A stretch of 64,000 nt of DNA from Acutalibacteraceae bacterium (GCA_045546235.1 JAZQCL010000007.1:3617-67616), one strand, 5' to 3'; shown: positions 21,734 through 31,790, counted from the first letter of the stretch. Made by a program: numbers and translations. The notes: generated by a model not told the origin, from the letters alone.

Positions 21734-22534
21734 TTAATCGTCTATGTACACCGAGAGTTTTTCACGCCAAGCCGCAGGAGTTGTGCCCGCAACTGATTTG
21801 AATGCTCTGAAAAATACCGTTTCATCGCTATACCCGCAGTTTTCGGCAATTTCGGATATGGGCAGATTGGTGGTTCTCAGCAACTCTTTGGCAAAGACAA
21901 CCTTTTGATATTTAATATATTGGTACGGAGTTAGGTTAAAGCGTTTCTTAAATGCACGAATAAGGTAATCCTTAGAGTAGTTAAAACGTTTGCAAACGTC
22001 GTTTAAACTGTTAATTCTTGCGGGGTTAATTTCAATATAATCGGCAACGCGGGCGGCAATATCCTCGCCTCTTTTAGAGGTGTTGTAGCCCTGTAGTTTT
22101 TTTAAAACTCGGTACAAGCAGCAATTAACATCGAACACGCTTCCGTTTGAGCTATTAGAAATAGCAGAGGTGCAAATATCTCTGATTTCTTCAATATCAA
22201 TTTTACCGCTTATAGGAATGTTGCTCGTCCCTTTTTCATCGGAATAATGGCCCCAGAAATGCAAGTAAAAATAAACGGGTGGGTCTATAATCGTTACCCC
22301 TTCGTGACGTCTGCCTTCCTCTTGTATATAATACTCGCCTGCCCTTATATCTTTTCGCTCTCCGTTTTCGATAAAACTAAGCGTTCCTTTAAAAACAAGC
22401 ACAAGGGTTGAAAAATCGGGGGTTCTGTTGATGTGCTTTTCACCTTTTTGAAACAATTTAAAGTTCATTTTAGGGAAACTGTTCCAAGCTACAGGTAATT
22501 TCTCAACATCGGATAAACACAAATATCTTTCCAT
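21734..22534 (-). CDS. AraC family transcriptional regulator (cupin sensor + HTH)
   Basis: The C-terminal double HTH (FNYSKDYLIRAFKKRFNLTPYQYI..NLPISEIAENCGYSDETVFFRAFKSVAGTTPAAWR) is typical of AraC/XylS. It is transcribed divergently from the GH127 gene. Confidence 0.9.
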   Translation of the reverse strand: MERYLCLSDVEKLPVAWNSFPKMNFKLFQKGEKHINRTPDFSTLVLVFKGTLSFIENGERKDIRAGEYYIQEEGRRHEGVTIIDPPVYFYLHFWGHYSDEKGTSNIPISGKIDIEEIRDICTSAISNSSNGSVFDVNCCLYRVLKKLQGYNTSKRGEDIAARVADYIEINPARINSLNDVCKRFNYSKDYLIRAFKKRFNLTPYQYIKYQKVVFAKELLRTTNLPISEIAENCGYSDETVFFRAFKSVAGTTPAAWREKLSVYIDD

Positions 22535-22575
22535 TTTTTTATCTCCTTACAATTTCATATTACCACATAAGGTCG

Positions 22576-22605
22576 ATTATTGCAAGTAATAAAACAATTA
22601 TTGCC
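22576..22605. promoter_or_regulatory. Direct repeat ATTATTGC(A/C) x2 spaced 21 bp, candidate AraC-type operator
   Basis: ATTATTGCA at 22576-22584 and ATTATTGCC at 22597-22605, in the divergent AraC/GH127 intergenic region. The 10-mer TTATTGCCAT recurs in the manC/AraC intergenic region, beginning near 44387. Confidence 0.3.
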
Positions 22606-22668
22606 ATTCTGTAGATGTATATATGTATAGTACAATATAATGGTAAAAATATTTTAAGGAGGATTTTT

Positions 22669-25600
22669 ATGAAACAATCCAAACTGCTAAGAAGAATTCT
22701 TAGTTTAGTGCTTTGTTTCGGCCTGATGGTTTCCTGCGTGGCAGGCACTTTCTCTGCCTTCGCAGTAACTGTAACCGAATACACCACCGCGGCTTTTGGC
22801 GACGACGTAGCTTCGGTTAAAGCAGAAATAACAGCCGACAACAACCTTCTTCTTGGCTCCACACTCAATAAAACCACTAACCTTTCTTCCCTTTCCGGCA
22901 GACAGTATACGGTTACCGCCACTGCTGTAGATGCAAACGGAAGCAAGGTTAACACCTGGCTTACAGGAAACAACCCCGTCCATTTGGCCGATGGCAGCCT
23001 GCCTTGGGTAAGCGGTCAGAATGAGATTACCGCATTTATCTCTTCTTCCGACCATTCAGGTTATGCCTCACCCGGCGGAAGAATCGTTTCTGCTTACAAC
23101 GATATGTCAGGCTTCAGAACCGACACCTGGTACGATATTACTTTCAAAATGGATGCGGTTTCGGATATTGACAAAATAATTGTTGTTAACTCTACCGGTC
23201 TAAACTGGCAAACCCTTGGCGCTTACGAAGTTCACGTTGCAACCAACATAAACGAGCTTTACACCGATGCTTCGCTTGTTTATACTGTTGACAACAACAA
23301 CAAATCCACCATTCAGTCTATTAACTGCGACGACAACGTGGTTGGCTGCTACCTTGGTATAAGAATTACTCAGGGCGTTAACGACAACTTCCTTGACAGT
23401 ACGTATGACGCTAACTACTCTTTCCCCAGAGTTTTCGAAATTGCAGCTATTGGTACTCCCCTTTACACCGTTACCAATTCTAACCCCAACAAATCTAATG
23501 ATACAATGATTGTCGGTCAGACTCCTTCGGGCAAAACCATCGCAGACAGCATTATATTGGGTGCTACACCTACCGCTTCGGGTTCTAAGCAAGGCAAAGT
23601 TCTTGCCCAAAACAACTGCGTACACACCGACAGACTCCCCTCTATGGTCGACGGTTATCACAACGACACCTCCAAAACCAACTGCGATATGACCTATGAC
23701 GTATTCGCACATCAAGAGGGCGAAAACTGGGTAATGCACAATGGTTGGGACACCACCACCAAAACTTGGGATTACGATAACGTTGACTCCTACATTCAGT
23801 TTACATACGACCTTTCTTGTGAATATGATTTAACCGATTTTTGGATTTCTCACGAAAACTCCACCTCAAGAGCTTTGTCTCTTGGTGCTTACGAGCTTTA
23901 CGCTTCCAACAAAGCTAACGAGCTTTTTACAAGCAATAATATGGTTGCAAGATTTGCTAACGTTAACCTCGACACCTTCCAACAGTTCCACTTTGAGCAG
24001 CCCATTAAGGCTCGGTATTTCGGTATAAAAATTATAATGGGTATTCAAGGAACCGCGTACCAACAGTATAACCGTGCAAGAATTACCGAAATGGCACTTT
24101 TCGGCACAACCGACGCTACCAGCATTGTTACATACGGTAAACCTACGCTTTCCAACGCTTCAATGATTACCGACAAAACCAAGGACGGCAAAACAATTGA
24201 AGAAAACATTTTGTTTGGTAAATCCCCTGCGACTTCGGGTAAACAGAACGGAAAATCTACCACAGTCAACACCGGCAATCTCTCCCGCGTTAACGATGGC
24301 TATTACTATTCTAAATCGGGCGAGACCTGCGATATAGGCGGTGTTGAATTTTCGGTTGAACCATTCACTTACGATGATTCCGGTAACATAATCGGCGGTA
24401 CATACGTAAACGGGTGGAATCCCGCAACCAGAACCTACAACGAAAATGCCGTTGACACCTACGCAACCTTTACTTACAACCTTGGTAAGGTTTACGATAT
24501 AAGTGATTTCTGGATGTTCAACGAAGCCAACGCCAACCTCCAAACCGCAGTTTACGAGGTTTACGTGGGCAACGAAAGAGCTACCCTTTACGACGCGGAA
24601 AACAAGGCTTTCACTTACGTCAACACGAGTGATGCAGGTTGGGTTCAGAAGGTTCGCTTCCTTGACAAACCCCAAGGCAAATACTTAGGCATAAAAATTA
24701 TTATGGGTGTTACATCCACCACATGGGAGACTCCTTATTCTTATATGAGACTTATAGAAATTGCTGCGTTCGGCGAAGAAGCAACCGAGCTTGCCGACGT
24801 TAGAAACTTTATTGAAACCGTTGATTTCTCTAATATTGAAATTGCAGACGCTTTCTGGAGTGGCAGACAAGACCAAACCTTGCTTGTAAGCTTCGACCAC
24901 GCTGCAAAAGAATTTAACAATGTTGGTGCAATTAAAAACTTCTTAACCTCTGCAAAACTTTATAACGATGCTATTTCCGAACTTGGTGAAAATGCAACCG
25001 AGTTGGAAGTTCTTGCTCTTATGAAAGAGTGGCAGACCAATACCGCAACCTACCCCCGATACAGCGGTAACTTCGCTTCTGACAGCGACGTATATAAGGT
25101 TATAGAAGGTATGGCTTATGCCATTGAAAATTACGACGAGTCCACCGACCCCGAGATTCAGGCAGGTGTTGCTAAAATCAAGGCTTACCTTAACGAGTGG
25201 ATTCCCGCTATTGTTGCCGCACAGGGCAGAGATGGTTACCTTAACACTGTTTACACTATTTATTACAATGCAGATTGGGTTTCCGATTCCTCTCCCACAG
25301 GCAGATTCCAATCTCGCGGTATGCACGAGCTTTACTGCCTTGGCCACCTTTACGAAGCCGCTGTTGCTATGTACAACGCAACCGGCGACAGAAGACTTCT
25401 TGACGCTTCAATGAAGTCCTTTGATATGATTTACTCCGTGTTCTTAAAGAAAGACCACGAAACCTATAACGCAACCTTCTCAAGCCCCGGACACGAGGAA
25501 ATTGAATTAGCACTTGTTAAGCTTGCTGCAACCGTATACGATATTGAAGATTACGGCCCCGAATATGCAGAGAAGTGCATAGAGCTTACTCAGTTCTTCC

Positions 25601-28398
25601 TTGATAACCAGTACAAGCAGAATGCAAGCCCCTTAAAATCTGATTCTCCTTATATAGCTATCTCTGATTTAACCGAGGCTTGGGGACACTGTGTTCGTGC
25701 ATTCTACCTTTACACAGGTATGGCAGAACTTTCTATTGCTAAGGGCGAGCTTTTATACAATAATCTTGAAACCCTTTGGGAAAATGTTGAAACCAAAACC
25801 TATGTAACAGGCGGTATCGGACATCGCACCTACACAGAAGGTTTACCTGAATCATACGAGCTTCCCAACGACGAAGACCTTGCATACTGCGAAACCTGTG
25901 CAAGCATCTCTAACGTTTTCTGGAACAAGAGTATGTTTAAAATTTTTGGCGAATCTAAATATTTCGATAATATTGAAAAGCAGCTTTACAACAACGTTCT
26001 TTCGGGTGTTGGCCTTAACGGAACAAGCTTTAACTACACCAACAACCTTGAAACTATTGAAGGTTACCTTAGAACCTCTTGGAAGGGTACACCTTGCTGC
26101 CCTACCAACCTTGTTCGCCTTATTAACAAGCTTAGCGAATACATTTATGCAACCGATAAAGAAACAAACACCGCTTACGTAAACCTTTACATTGGTTCTA
26201 ACGGTAGTTTCAATTTAGGCGACACCACCATTGGTGTTAATATGACATCCTCTATGCCTTGGGAAGGCAACGCAGCCCTTACCCTTTCTCTTGAAAGCGC
26301 AAAAGAGTTTACCTTGAAATTCAGGCTTCCCTCTTGGGCTAAGGGTGCAAACGCCATTACCATTAACGGCGAAAACTACACCGCAACCGCCGGTGCAGAC
26401 GGCTACGTTGCAATTACAAGAACTTGGGCTAACGGCGACGTTATTGCTCTTAACTTCCCCATGAGTGTTGAATTTGTTCGCAATGGCGATGTTATCCCCG
26501 CTAACAATGGACTTACCGCTGTTACAAGAGGTCCTATAACATACTGTGCAGAACAGCAGGATTCAGCAACACCGCTTGACCTTCTTTGCATAAACGAAGA
26601 ATCCACCATTACTCCCGAGTTCGTTACCAACTTTGTTGCCGACAACACCTACGGCACAGCAGAACTTCAGGTACTTAGAGTAACAGGTCAGACCATTTCC
26701 GACTATCAGATGGGCAACAACAAAACCGTTAACTTTACCTTAATACCCTACCTTGCTTGGTCTAACCGTGGCGCAGACGGAATGAAGGTTTACTTAAGAG
26801 ATGGTTCCGATGAATTTGATACTTGGGACTACAACAAAACAATTGCGGGAAATGCAACTCCTTCTGCTACCACCACCCACTCCAATAGTCCCGTAACAAA
26901 GCTCAACGACTTAGATAAGGCTTACGGCTCAAGATGGTCTTCTTGGTTAAGTGGTGCTTACCCTAACGAATCCAAAAACCCCACCGTTACATACGACTTT
27001 GGCATTAACTATGTTAAACTTACCGCAACCGATGTTTATTTCTACACCGACGGCGGCGGATGTCAGCTCCCCGATAACGTGGATATTGAATACTGGAACG
27101 GCGAAAACTGGGTTGACGTTACTTTAACCAACACCCCTGAGTTTGTGTTCCAATCTGGATATTCTTCAGGTGCAAACCAAATTTATCTTGCAAAATATGA
27201 GTTCGAGGAAATTATAACCACAAAGATACGAATGAATCTTTCCCACGCTACCAGAGCTCACGCTATATCCGAATGGGAACTTACAGGCGAAAGAGTTAAG
27301 GAAATTGCCACCGTTACCCCTGCTGCCCAAACCGCAGACGGCCAAGATGTTATAACCGAGGCCATAACCTTTAAGGGTGGATTGGTTGCCGCAGGAGAGG
27401 TAACTATTACCGCCGCAGAGGAAATTACCTACAATTCTGAAAAGTACCAATTTAAGTATTGGAAATTGGACGACGAAATTATTTCGGGCACAACCTTAAC
27501 CTTTACTGCCGAAGCTAAAAATGCTTACGCACCTAAGGCTGTATACGCAAAAATAGACCCCGAAAATCTGTTTACAGTTACCTTTATGCAGAAAAACGGA
27601 CAGATTATTGCAGAAATTACCACCTCTTCAAACTTAACCGCTGAAGACCTTATTGCAAACAATATTGTAGCCGACAAGATTTTTGGCTACGAGTTTGTAG
27701 ATTGGGACCAAGATATTACCGAAATAATTGCCGATACAACCGTGCGTCCTATATATGCTAAGTCTACCGATGATAGCGTTAAATGTATTGTTTCCCTACA
27801 GAACGGAACTATCGAGGGCGAAACCACCTTTGCTGCAAGCTTTAACGATAGAGTTACTGCAGTTGCCGATAAGATAAGCGGCAAAACCTTCTCCCACTGG
27901 GTAAACGGCACAGGCGACGTGGTTTCTACCGCTTCCAGCTACATTTTCTTTGTTCCTTCTTCTATTACACTTACAGCAGTTTATTACGATAACGGCACCG
28001 CCGCTCCCGATGTTAAGCCTGCTGCAGTTGTGCTTAACGAAAAACCGCTTTACACCGAAGAAAACGGTGCTTACAACATAGCATATGCAGCCACAGTTAA
28101 CCTTCCCAAAAATGCAACTGTTTTAGAACAGGGAATTCTTATTGGCGGTATTGATTACAACGATGCTCCCGCCTCACTTACCCTTAATTCCTACAATATT
28201 AAGGGCTTGGCCAAAAACTTAGAAAGAGCCAACTTTATGATAACTCTTCTTGGTGTAAAGGCAGGCAAAACAAGAAACGCAAGGGCATACGTTACCTATG
28301 CTTTGAATGGCGAAACAATAACCGTTTACGGCTCTAACGTTATTAGAATAGTTGCTACCGACAGTGGCATTAACTATTCGGTACATAGTGCTAATTAA
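22669..28398 (+). CDS. Giant secreted multidomain glycosidase: discoidin/CBM32-like modules + GH127 (beta-L-arabinofuranosidase family) catalytic domain + Listeria-Bacteroides repeats
   Basis: The ATG at 22669 follows AAGGAGG, and the signal peptide is MKQSKLLRRILSLVLCFGLMVSCVAGTFSAFA. Three related ~230 aa modules occupy about 22800-24780. The GH127 region (about 24790-26800) has ETC (25891-25899) and PCCPTN (Cys-Cys at 26095-26100), matching the Zn/cysteine catalytic centre of HypBA1-type enzymes. A further F5/8-like module lies at about 26830-27290. F-x-W repeats (KYQFKYWKLD, GYEFVDWDQD, GKTFSHWVNG) follow. Confidence 0.75.
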   Translation: MKQSKLLRRILSLVLCFGLMVSCVAGTFSAFAVTVTEYTTAAFGDDVASVKAEITADNNLLLGSTLNKTTNLSSLSGRQYTVTATAVDANGSKVNTWLTGNNPVHLADGSLPWVSGQNEITAFISSSDHSGYASPGGRIVSAYNDMSGFRTDTWYDITFKMDAVSDIDKIIVVNSTGLNWQTLGAYEVHVATNINELYTDASLVYTVDNNNKSTIQSINCDDNVVGCYLGIRITQGVNDNFLDSTYDANYSFPRVFEIAAIGTPLYTVTNSNPNKSNDTMIVGQTPSGKTIADSIILGATPTASGSKQGKVLAQNNCVHTDRLPSMVDGYHNDTSKTNCDMTYDVFAHQEGENWVMHNGWDTTTKTWDYDNVDSYIQFTYDLSCEYDLTDFWISHENSTSRALSLGAYELYASNKANELFTSNNMVARFANVNLDTFQQFHFEQPIKARYFGIKIIMGIQGTAYQQYNRARITEMALFGTTDATSIVTYGKPTLSNASMITDKTKDGKTIEENILFGKSPATSGKQNGKSTTVNTGNLSRVNDGYYYSKSGETCDIGGVEFSVEPFTYDDSGNIIGGTYVNGWNPATRTYNENAVDTYATFTYNLGKVYDISDFWMFNEANANLQTAVYEVYVGNERATLYDAENKAFTYVNTSDAGWVQKVRFLDKPQGKYLGIKIIMGVTSTTWETPYSYMRLIEIAAFGEEATELADVRNFIETVDFSNIEIADAFWSGRQDQTLLVSFDHAAKEFNNVGAIKNFLTSAKLYNDAISELGENATELEVLALMKEWQTNTATYPRYSGNFASDSDVYKVIEGMAYAIENYDESTDPEIQAGVAKIKAYLNEWIPAIVAAQGRDGYLNTVYTIYYNADWVSDSSPTGRFQSRGMHELYCLGHLYEAAVAMYNATGDRRLLDASMKSFDMIYSVFLKKDHETYNATFSSPGHEEIELALVKLAATVYDIEDYGPEYAEKCIELTQFFLDNQYKQNASPLKSDSPYIAISDLTEAWGHCVRAFYLYTGMAELSIAKGELLYNNLETLWENVETKTYVTGGIGHRTYTEGLPESYELPNDEDLAYCETCASISNVFWNKSMFKIFGESKYFDNIEKQLYNNVLSGVGLNGTSFNYTNNLETIEGYLRTSWKGTPCCPTNLVRLINKLSEYIYATDKETNTAYVNLYIGSNGSFNLGDTTIGVNMTSSMPWEGNAALTLSLESAKEFTLKFRLPSWAKGANAITINGENYTATAGADGYVAITRTWANGDVIALNFPMSVEFVRNGDVIPANNGLTAVTRGPITYCAEQQDSATPLDLLCINEESTITPEFVTNFVADNTYGTAELQVLRVTGQTISDYQMGNNKTVNFTLIPYLAWSNRGADGMKVYLRDGSDEFDTWDYNKTIAGNATPSATTTHSNSPVTKLNDLDKAYGSRWSSWLSGAYPNESKNPTVTYDFGINYVKLTATDVYFYTDGGGCQLPDNVDIEYWNGENWVDVTLTNTPEFVFQSGYSSGANQIYLAKYEFEEIITTKIRMNLSHATRAHAISEWELTGERVKEIATVTPAAQTADGQDVITEAITFKGGLVAAGEVTITAAEEITYNSEKYQFKYWKLDDEIISGTTLTFTAEAKNAYAPKAVYAKIDPENLFTVTFMQKNGQIIAEITTSSNLTAEDLIANNIVADKIFGYEFVDWDQDITEIIADTTVRPIYAKSTDDSVKCIVSLQNGTIEGETTFAASFNDRVTAVADKISGKTFSHWVNGTGDVVSTASSYIFFVPSSITLTAVYYDNGTAAPDVKPAAVVLNEKPLYTEENGAYNIAYAATVNLPKNATVLEQGILIGGIDYNDAPASLTLNSYNIKGLAKNLERANFMITLLGVKAGKTRNARAYVTYALNGETITVYGSNVIRIVATDSGINYSVHSAN

Positions 28399-28413
28399 GA
28401 AAGGAGAATTATA

Positions 28414-28557
28414 ATGAAAAAAGAATATATTTCTCCCCTGTTTCAGGCAATTTCGACGTTAGAAGATACTTATTGTGCAGATAAAAACGTTAGTACCGCA
28501 AAACATAACGGATTTGACCAGAACAGCAATGAACTTTTCGACGGTGATTTTGACTAA
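28414..28557 (+). CDS. Small hypothetical protein (47 aa), acidic C-terminus
   Basis: Below the ORF-track size cutoff. AAGGAG lies 7 nt upstream of the ATG, 15 nt after the giant gene's stop, and a terminator follows 16 nt after its stop. Sequence: MKKEYISPLFQAISTLEDTYCADKNVSTAKHNGFDQNSNELFDGDFD. Confidence 0.5.
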   Translation: MKKEYISPLFQAISTLEDTYCADKNVSTAKHNGFDQNSNELFDGDFD

Positions 28558-28573
28558 ACCTTAAAAACATCAA

Positions 28574-28613
28574 AACGCGGAGGCTACAATGTAGCTTCCG
28601 CGTTTGTCTTTTT
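28574..28613 (+). terminator. Rho-independent terminator of the GH127 / small-ORF transcript
   Basis: AACGCGGAGGCTAC...GTAGCTTCCGCGTT stem followed by a T-rich tail. Confidence 0.75.
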
Positions 28614-28658
28614 AAAAAAATACGCCCCAACTACGAAACACCATAGTTGGGGCGTATT
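28613..28658 (-). terminator. Rho-independent terminator of the convergent minus-strand glycosidase gene
   Basis: ATACGCCCCAACTA...TAGTTGGGGCGTAT stem. On the minus strand it is followed by TTTTTTT (plus-strand A-run near 28614-28620). Confidence 0.7.
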
Positions 28659-28669
28659 ATATTTAGTTG

Positions 28670-31600
28670 TTATTTTTCGCTAACAATAGGTGTGGAGAGT
28701 ATGCCCATTTCTTTTAGCACATACTCATAGCACCAGGCGTTGCCCTCTGTTCTCCAGGAGTTAGGTCCTAACCACCACATATTTCGGTCGGCATTGTGGA
28801 TGCAGCCGAAGGAATTATGACGGTTGGCATAAAGGGTAAGGCTTACTGTATGCTCTCCTTTTGGAAGGTCAAGCACGGCTTGATAGGGTTCGTAGATAAT
28901 GGCCTCTTTCTGGCCCTCGCATTCTAAGGTTATAAGTCCACCTCTGTAGTGGGGGGCGTTGATAGTAACCTTGCCGCCACTTGTTTTTATAGGCAGATTA
29001 TAGGTGATTTCACCACCGTAGAAGGGCAAGCCCTGACGGGTTATATCTCCGAAGGAAAGCTTTTGGGGCTTTTCTGTAATAACCTTCTTTTTACCCATAA
29101 CCTTAACGCCGAAATCACCCAAAAGATAGCACCATTCAAGGTTTGTTCTGGCACCAATTGGCAGGGTTATTTCAATAATGTTTTTGCCCTTACAAAGAGT
29201 GCCTAAGGGCAGAACTCCTATGCTTTTATCCACATACCAGCCCTCAGGTGTGGCGGTTATATTATTTCCGTTGTAAGTAACCTTTGCAATATCGGCATCC
29301 TCTAAGGCCAGTTTTACACCTTCAAGCTCAATTTCACTTTCTACCGTAAAGCGAAGGGAGGCGGTGTGAACAGGCGGCTCGGCAGGCTGTACCCAAGGCT
29401 GAGCAAAAGCTCCGTGACGGGCTGGAAGACCTAACTCTTTGCGCAGAATATTATCTAACCTGTAAATTTCCTCTTCGGGGCGATATTCGGAATTATCGCT
29501 GCGGTATTCCGCCATATCTAATAAGCAAACATTAGGCTCGTTGAGGCTGTATTCCACCTCGGAAGGAACTGTCAAAACGATGGATTCCTTTTCTTCCTTT
29601 TCTGCTAATGCAACCGCTGATTCACCCTCCTCGTAGCAAAGCAACAGACTGTCGTGGTCGTATATATCGCGATTTATCACGGTACAGCCGTTCTTATAGG
29701 TGCAGGGCAGCTCTTCGGTTTCACCGTTCTGGGTGTTCCAAAGGGTTACCTTGTAGTGGCCTTTTAAAGAGATGTTGGTGTTGAAGCACTGGGACACGTC
29801 CTTATTGTAAGGACGCTCGCTTTGGGCTATGAACAACCAAAGCTTGTTGCCGTCACGACGGAGACTATGGCAGAATTTTTCGGCTGTTTCGCCGTTGGAA
29901 TAGCGGGCAGAAACAAGCCTTGCATCTTCTAAAGCATTCAGCAGATTAATTTTTGTATAACCCACGGCTTCGCTTCTTTCATAAAGCTTCTTGCCGCGGT
30001 TTGAAGGTACTGCATTTTCCAAAGTGGGGGCGGCACCTAAGAATATAAGCCTGCCGCCGGCATTGCGAAATTCCTCAAGACGCTCTAAGGTGGTGGAACG
30101 AAGGGTTTCGCATTCGGGAACAACTATAACGTCGTATTCCATTTCGCCCACCTTCAAGGGTGCCGTGCCCAATTTACATAAATCAGGCAGAGTAGATTCA
30201 CATATATAATCAAAATCTATAAGACCTTTTACCAACCACTGGGCGGTTTCCTGGAACTTCTTATCCATTGCCTCACGAATGTCGATGGTATGCTCGTTGG
30301 TGCCCCAATGGAGCCAATAACTCTCGATTGGGTGAATCATACCCACCTTAACAACAGGCTTGCCACGGGTCATCGCGGTGTTTACGCGAGCGAAGTGGTC
30401 TTCTACCCTTCCATATTCTTTATACCAAGAGGATTGGTAGTGTATGCTTGCGGGATAGTCACGCTTTGCCTCACCCTTCATAGAAACCCATGAAAGATGG
30501 GGTACGCGTACCGTTACACCGAGTGCCGCCTGCCAGTCGCCCTGAAGCTTGTGGCCGCGGAAATCGTAATCCCAGCCGGTAACTCCGTAAAGCTCGGACA
30601 TCATAGCCTCTCGGCCATACTGGTGCACAGCAGACTGAGCCTGCTTTGCGGTGGTGAATTCGTAGCTGTCACACAGCATATCAATACCCGGCATATCAAA
30701 GCCGCGATAGTGGCGCATAGCCTCGCTTATGGCGTGGGTTTGAGACTGCAGAGTAGGTTCCTCCATCATATGTCCTGTAAGCATAAGCCCGTGCTGGCGA
30801 CACCATTTGCCGCAATTATCGGCAAAAGCCCCTGCAAAACGCTCGGCTATATGGTCGTGATAATGGTAACGGATAGTGGAAACCTTACCATCTGGCAACT
30901 CCCAAAAAAGCTCGGGAATGCCTGCAATCAAATCTTCACCGTAGGCGGCGGCAAAGGTTTCTACCAGGTCGTCGGTCCAGGGAAGGGTTGTATCCTCCGT
31001 ATCGGTAGCGTATGCCATTTTGCCCTTTCTTGCAACCTGAGGCTCGTCGGTGAAAATTGATGGAACCAAATCTCCGAAATCCTTGCCACAGGTTTTATCG
31101 TAGGCTTCGTATGTAATGTCGATAAACTTGTCCATTGCCTCTTTCGATAGGGTGTCAACATAAGACTCGTTGTTAAACCAGGTGCGTTTTGCGGTATAGT
31201 CGAAATAAGCATACCATTTTGTACCCTCGGCTTTATCAGTTTCGCCAATTTGCTTGTAGGATTTAAGGTAGCCCTTTTCGTCGAGAATTATATCGAAGCA
31301 GGTAATAAGCTCGCCCTCTTCGGTTCTTGCACGCTCACCCTCGTGACCTTCCAGAGTAAATATTTTGTTTGCGGCAACATAGGGCAGGGTTGTGATTCTA
31401 AGTTCTTTCTGTCGGTACTTATCGTCTAACTTTGTAACCAATCCACCTGCAGAACCAGAGGGCCAGCGGTCCTCGTCGTACAGATAGGCGATTAAGCCCT
31501 CTTTTCTTGCCTTTTCTATGCAATCTTTAACAAGGCCCATATGCTCCTCGCCAAGGTATGGTATGGAAAGCCCTGAGCGCACGTGCATATGAAAGCCGCC

Positions 31601-31756
31601 GAGCCCCATCTCTTTAAAAATTTCAATTTGGCGTAGCAGCTCTTCCTTTTCCAGCTCGCAATTCCAAGCCCAAAATGGGGTGCCGCGATATTCTGATGTA
31701 GGGTTTTTGAAAAGCTGTTTACTCAATTCTTTTTCTTTATTCTTTTTGTAGAACAT
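28670..31756 (-). CDS. Large cytoplasmic glycoside-hydrolase-like protein (N-terminal TIM barrel, family unassigned; possibly GH106-like)
   Basis: MFYKK..NPTSEYRGTPFWAWNCELEKEELLRQIEIFKEMGLGGFHMHVRSGL..YLYDEDRWPSGSAGG resembles the N-terminus of large, poorly characterised bacterial glycosidases. No signal peptide. I moved the start to the ATG at 31756, because the track's upstream extension covers a consensus promoter. Confidence 0.5.
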   Translation of the reverse strand: MFYKKNKEKELSKQLFKNPTSEYRGTPFWAWNCELEKEELLRQIEIFKEMGLGGFHMHVRSGLSIPYLGEEHMGLVKDCIEKARKEGLIAYLYDEDRWPSGSAGGLVTKLDDKYRQKELRITTLPYVAANKIFTLEGHEGERARTEEGELITCFDIILDEKGYLKSYKQIGETDKAEGTKWYAYFDYTAKRTWFNNESYVDTLSKEAMDKFIDITYEAYDKTCGKDFGDLVPSIFTDEPQVARKGKMAYATDTEDTTLPWTDDLVETFAAAYGEDLIAGIPELFWELPDGKVSTIRYHYHDHIAERFAGAFADNCGKWCRQHGLMLTGHMMEEPTLQSQTHAISEAMRHYRGFDMPGIDMLCDSYEFTTAKQAQSAVHQYGREAMMSELYGVTGWDYDFRGHKLQGDWQAALGVTVRVPHLSWVSMKGEAKRDYPASIHYQSSWYKEYGRVEDHFARVNTAMTRGKPVVKVGMIHPIESYWLHWGTNEHTIDIREAMDKKFQETAQWLVKGLIDFDYICESTLPDLCKLGTAPLKVGEMEYDVIVVPECETLRSTTLERLEEFRNAGGRLIFLGAAPTLENAVPSNRGKKLYERSEAVGYTKINLLNALEDARLVSARYSNGETAEKFCHSLRRDGNKLWLFIAQSERPYNKDVSQCFNTNISLKGHYKVTLWNTQNGETEELPCTYKNGCTVINRDIYDHDSLLLCYEEGESAVALAEKEEKESIVLTVPSEVEYSLNEPNVCLLDMAEYRSDNSEYRPEEEIYRLDNILRKELGLPARHGAFAQPWVQPAEPPVHTASLRFTVESEIELEGVKLALEDADIAKVTYNGNNITATPEGWYVDKSIGVLPLGTLCKGKNIIEITLPIGARTNLEWCYLLGDFGVKVMGKKKVITEKPQKLSFGDITRQGLPFYGGEITYNLPIKTSGGKVTINAPHYRGGLITLECEGQKEAIIYEPYQAVLDLPKGEHTVSLTLYANRHNSFGCIHNADRNMWWLGPNSWRTEGNAWCYEYVLKEMGILSTPIVSEK

Positions 31757-31790
31757 TTTTATCGCCTCACAACAGTTTATTTCTGCCCCC

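Noticed and set aside
28520-28557. The D-x-N-x-N...D-G-D-F-D tail of the 47 aa ORF, considered as an EF-hand or dockerin-type calcium loop.
   Set aside because: The spacing of the acidic and amide residues does not fit the 1-3-5-7-9-12 EF-hand pattern, and only one loop is present. I left it as merely an acidic tail.
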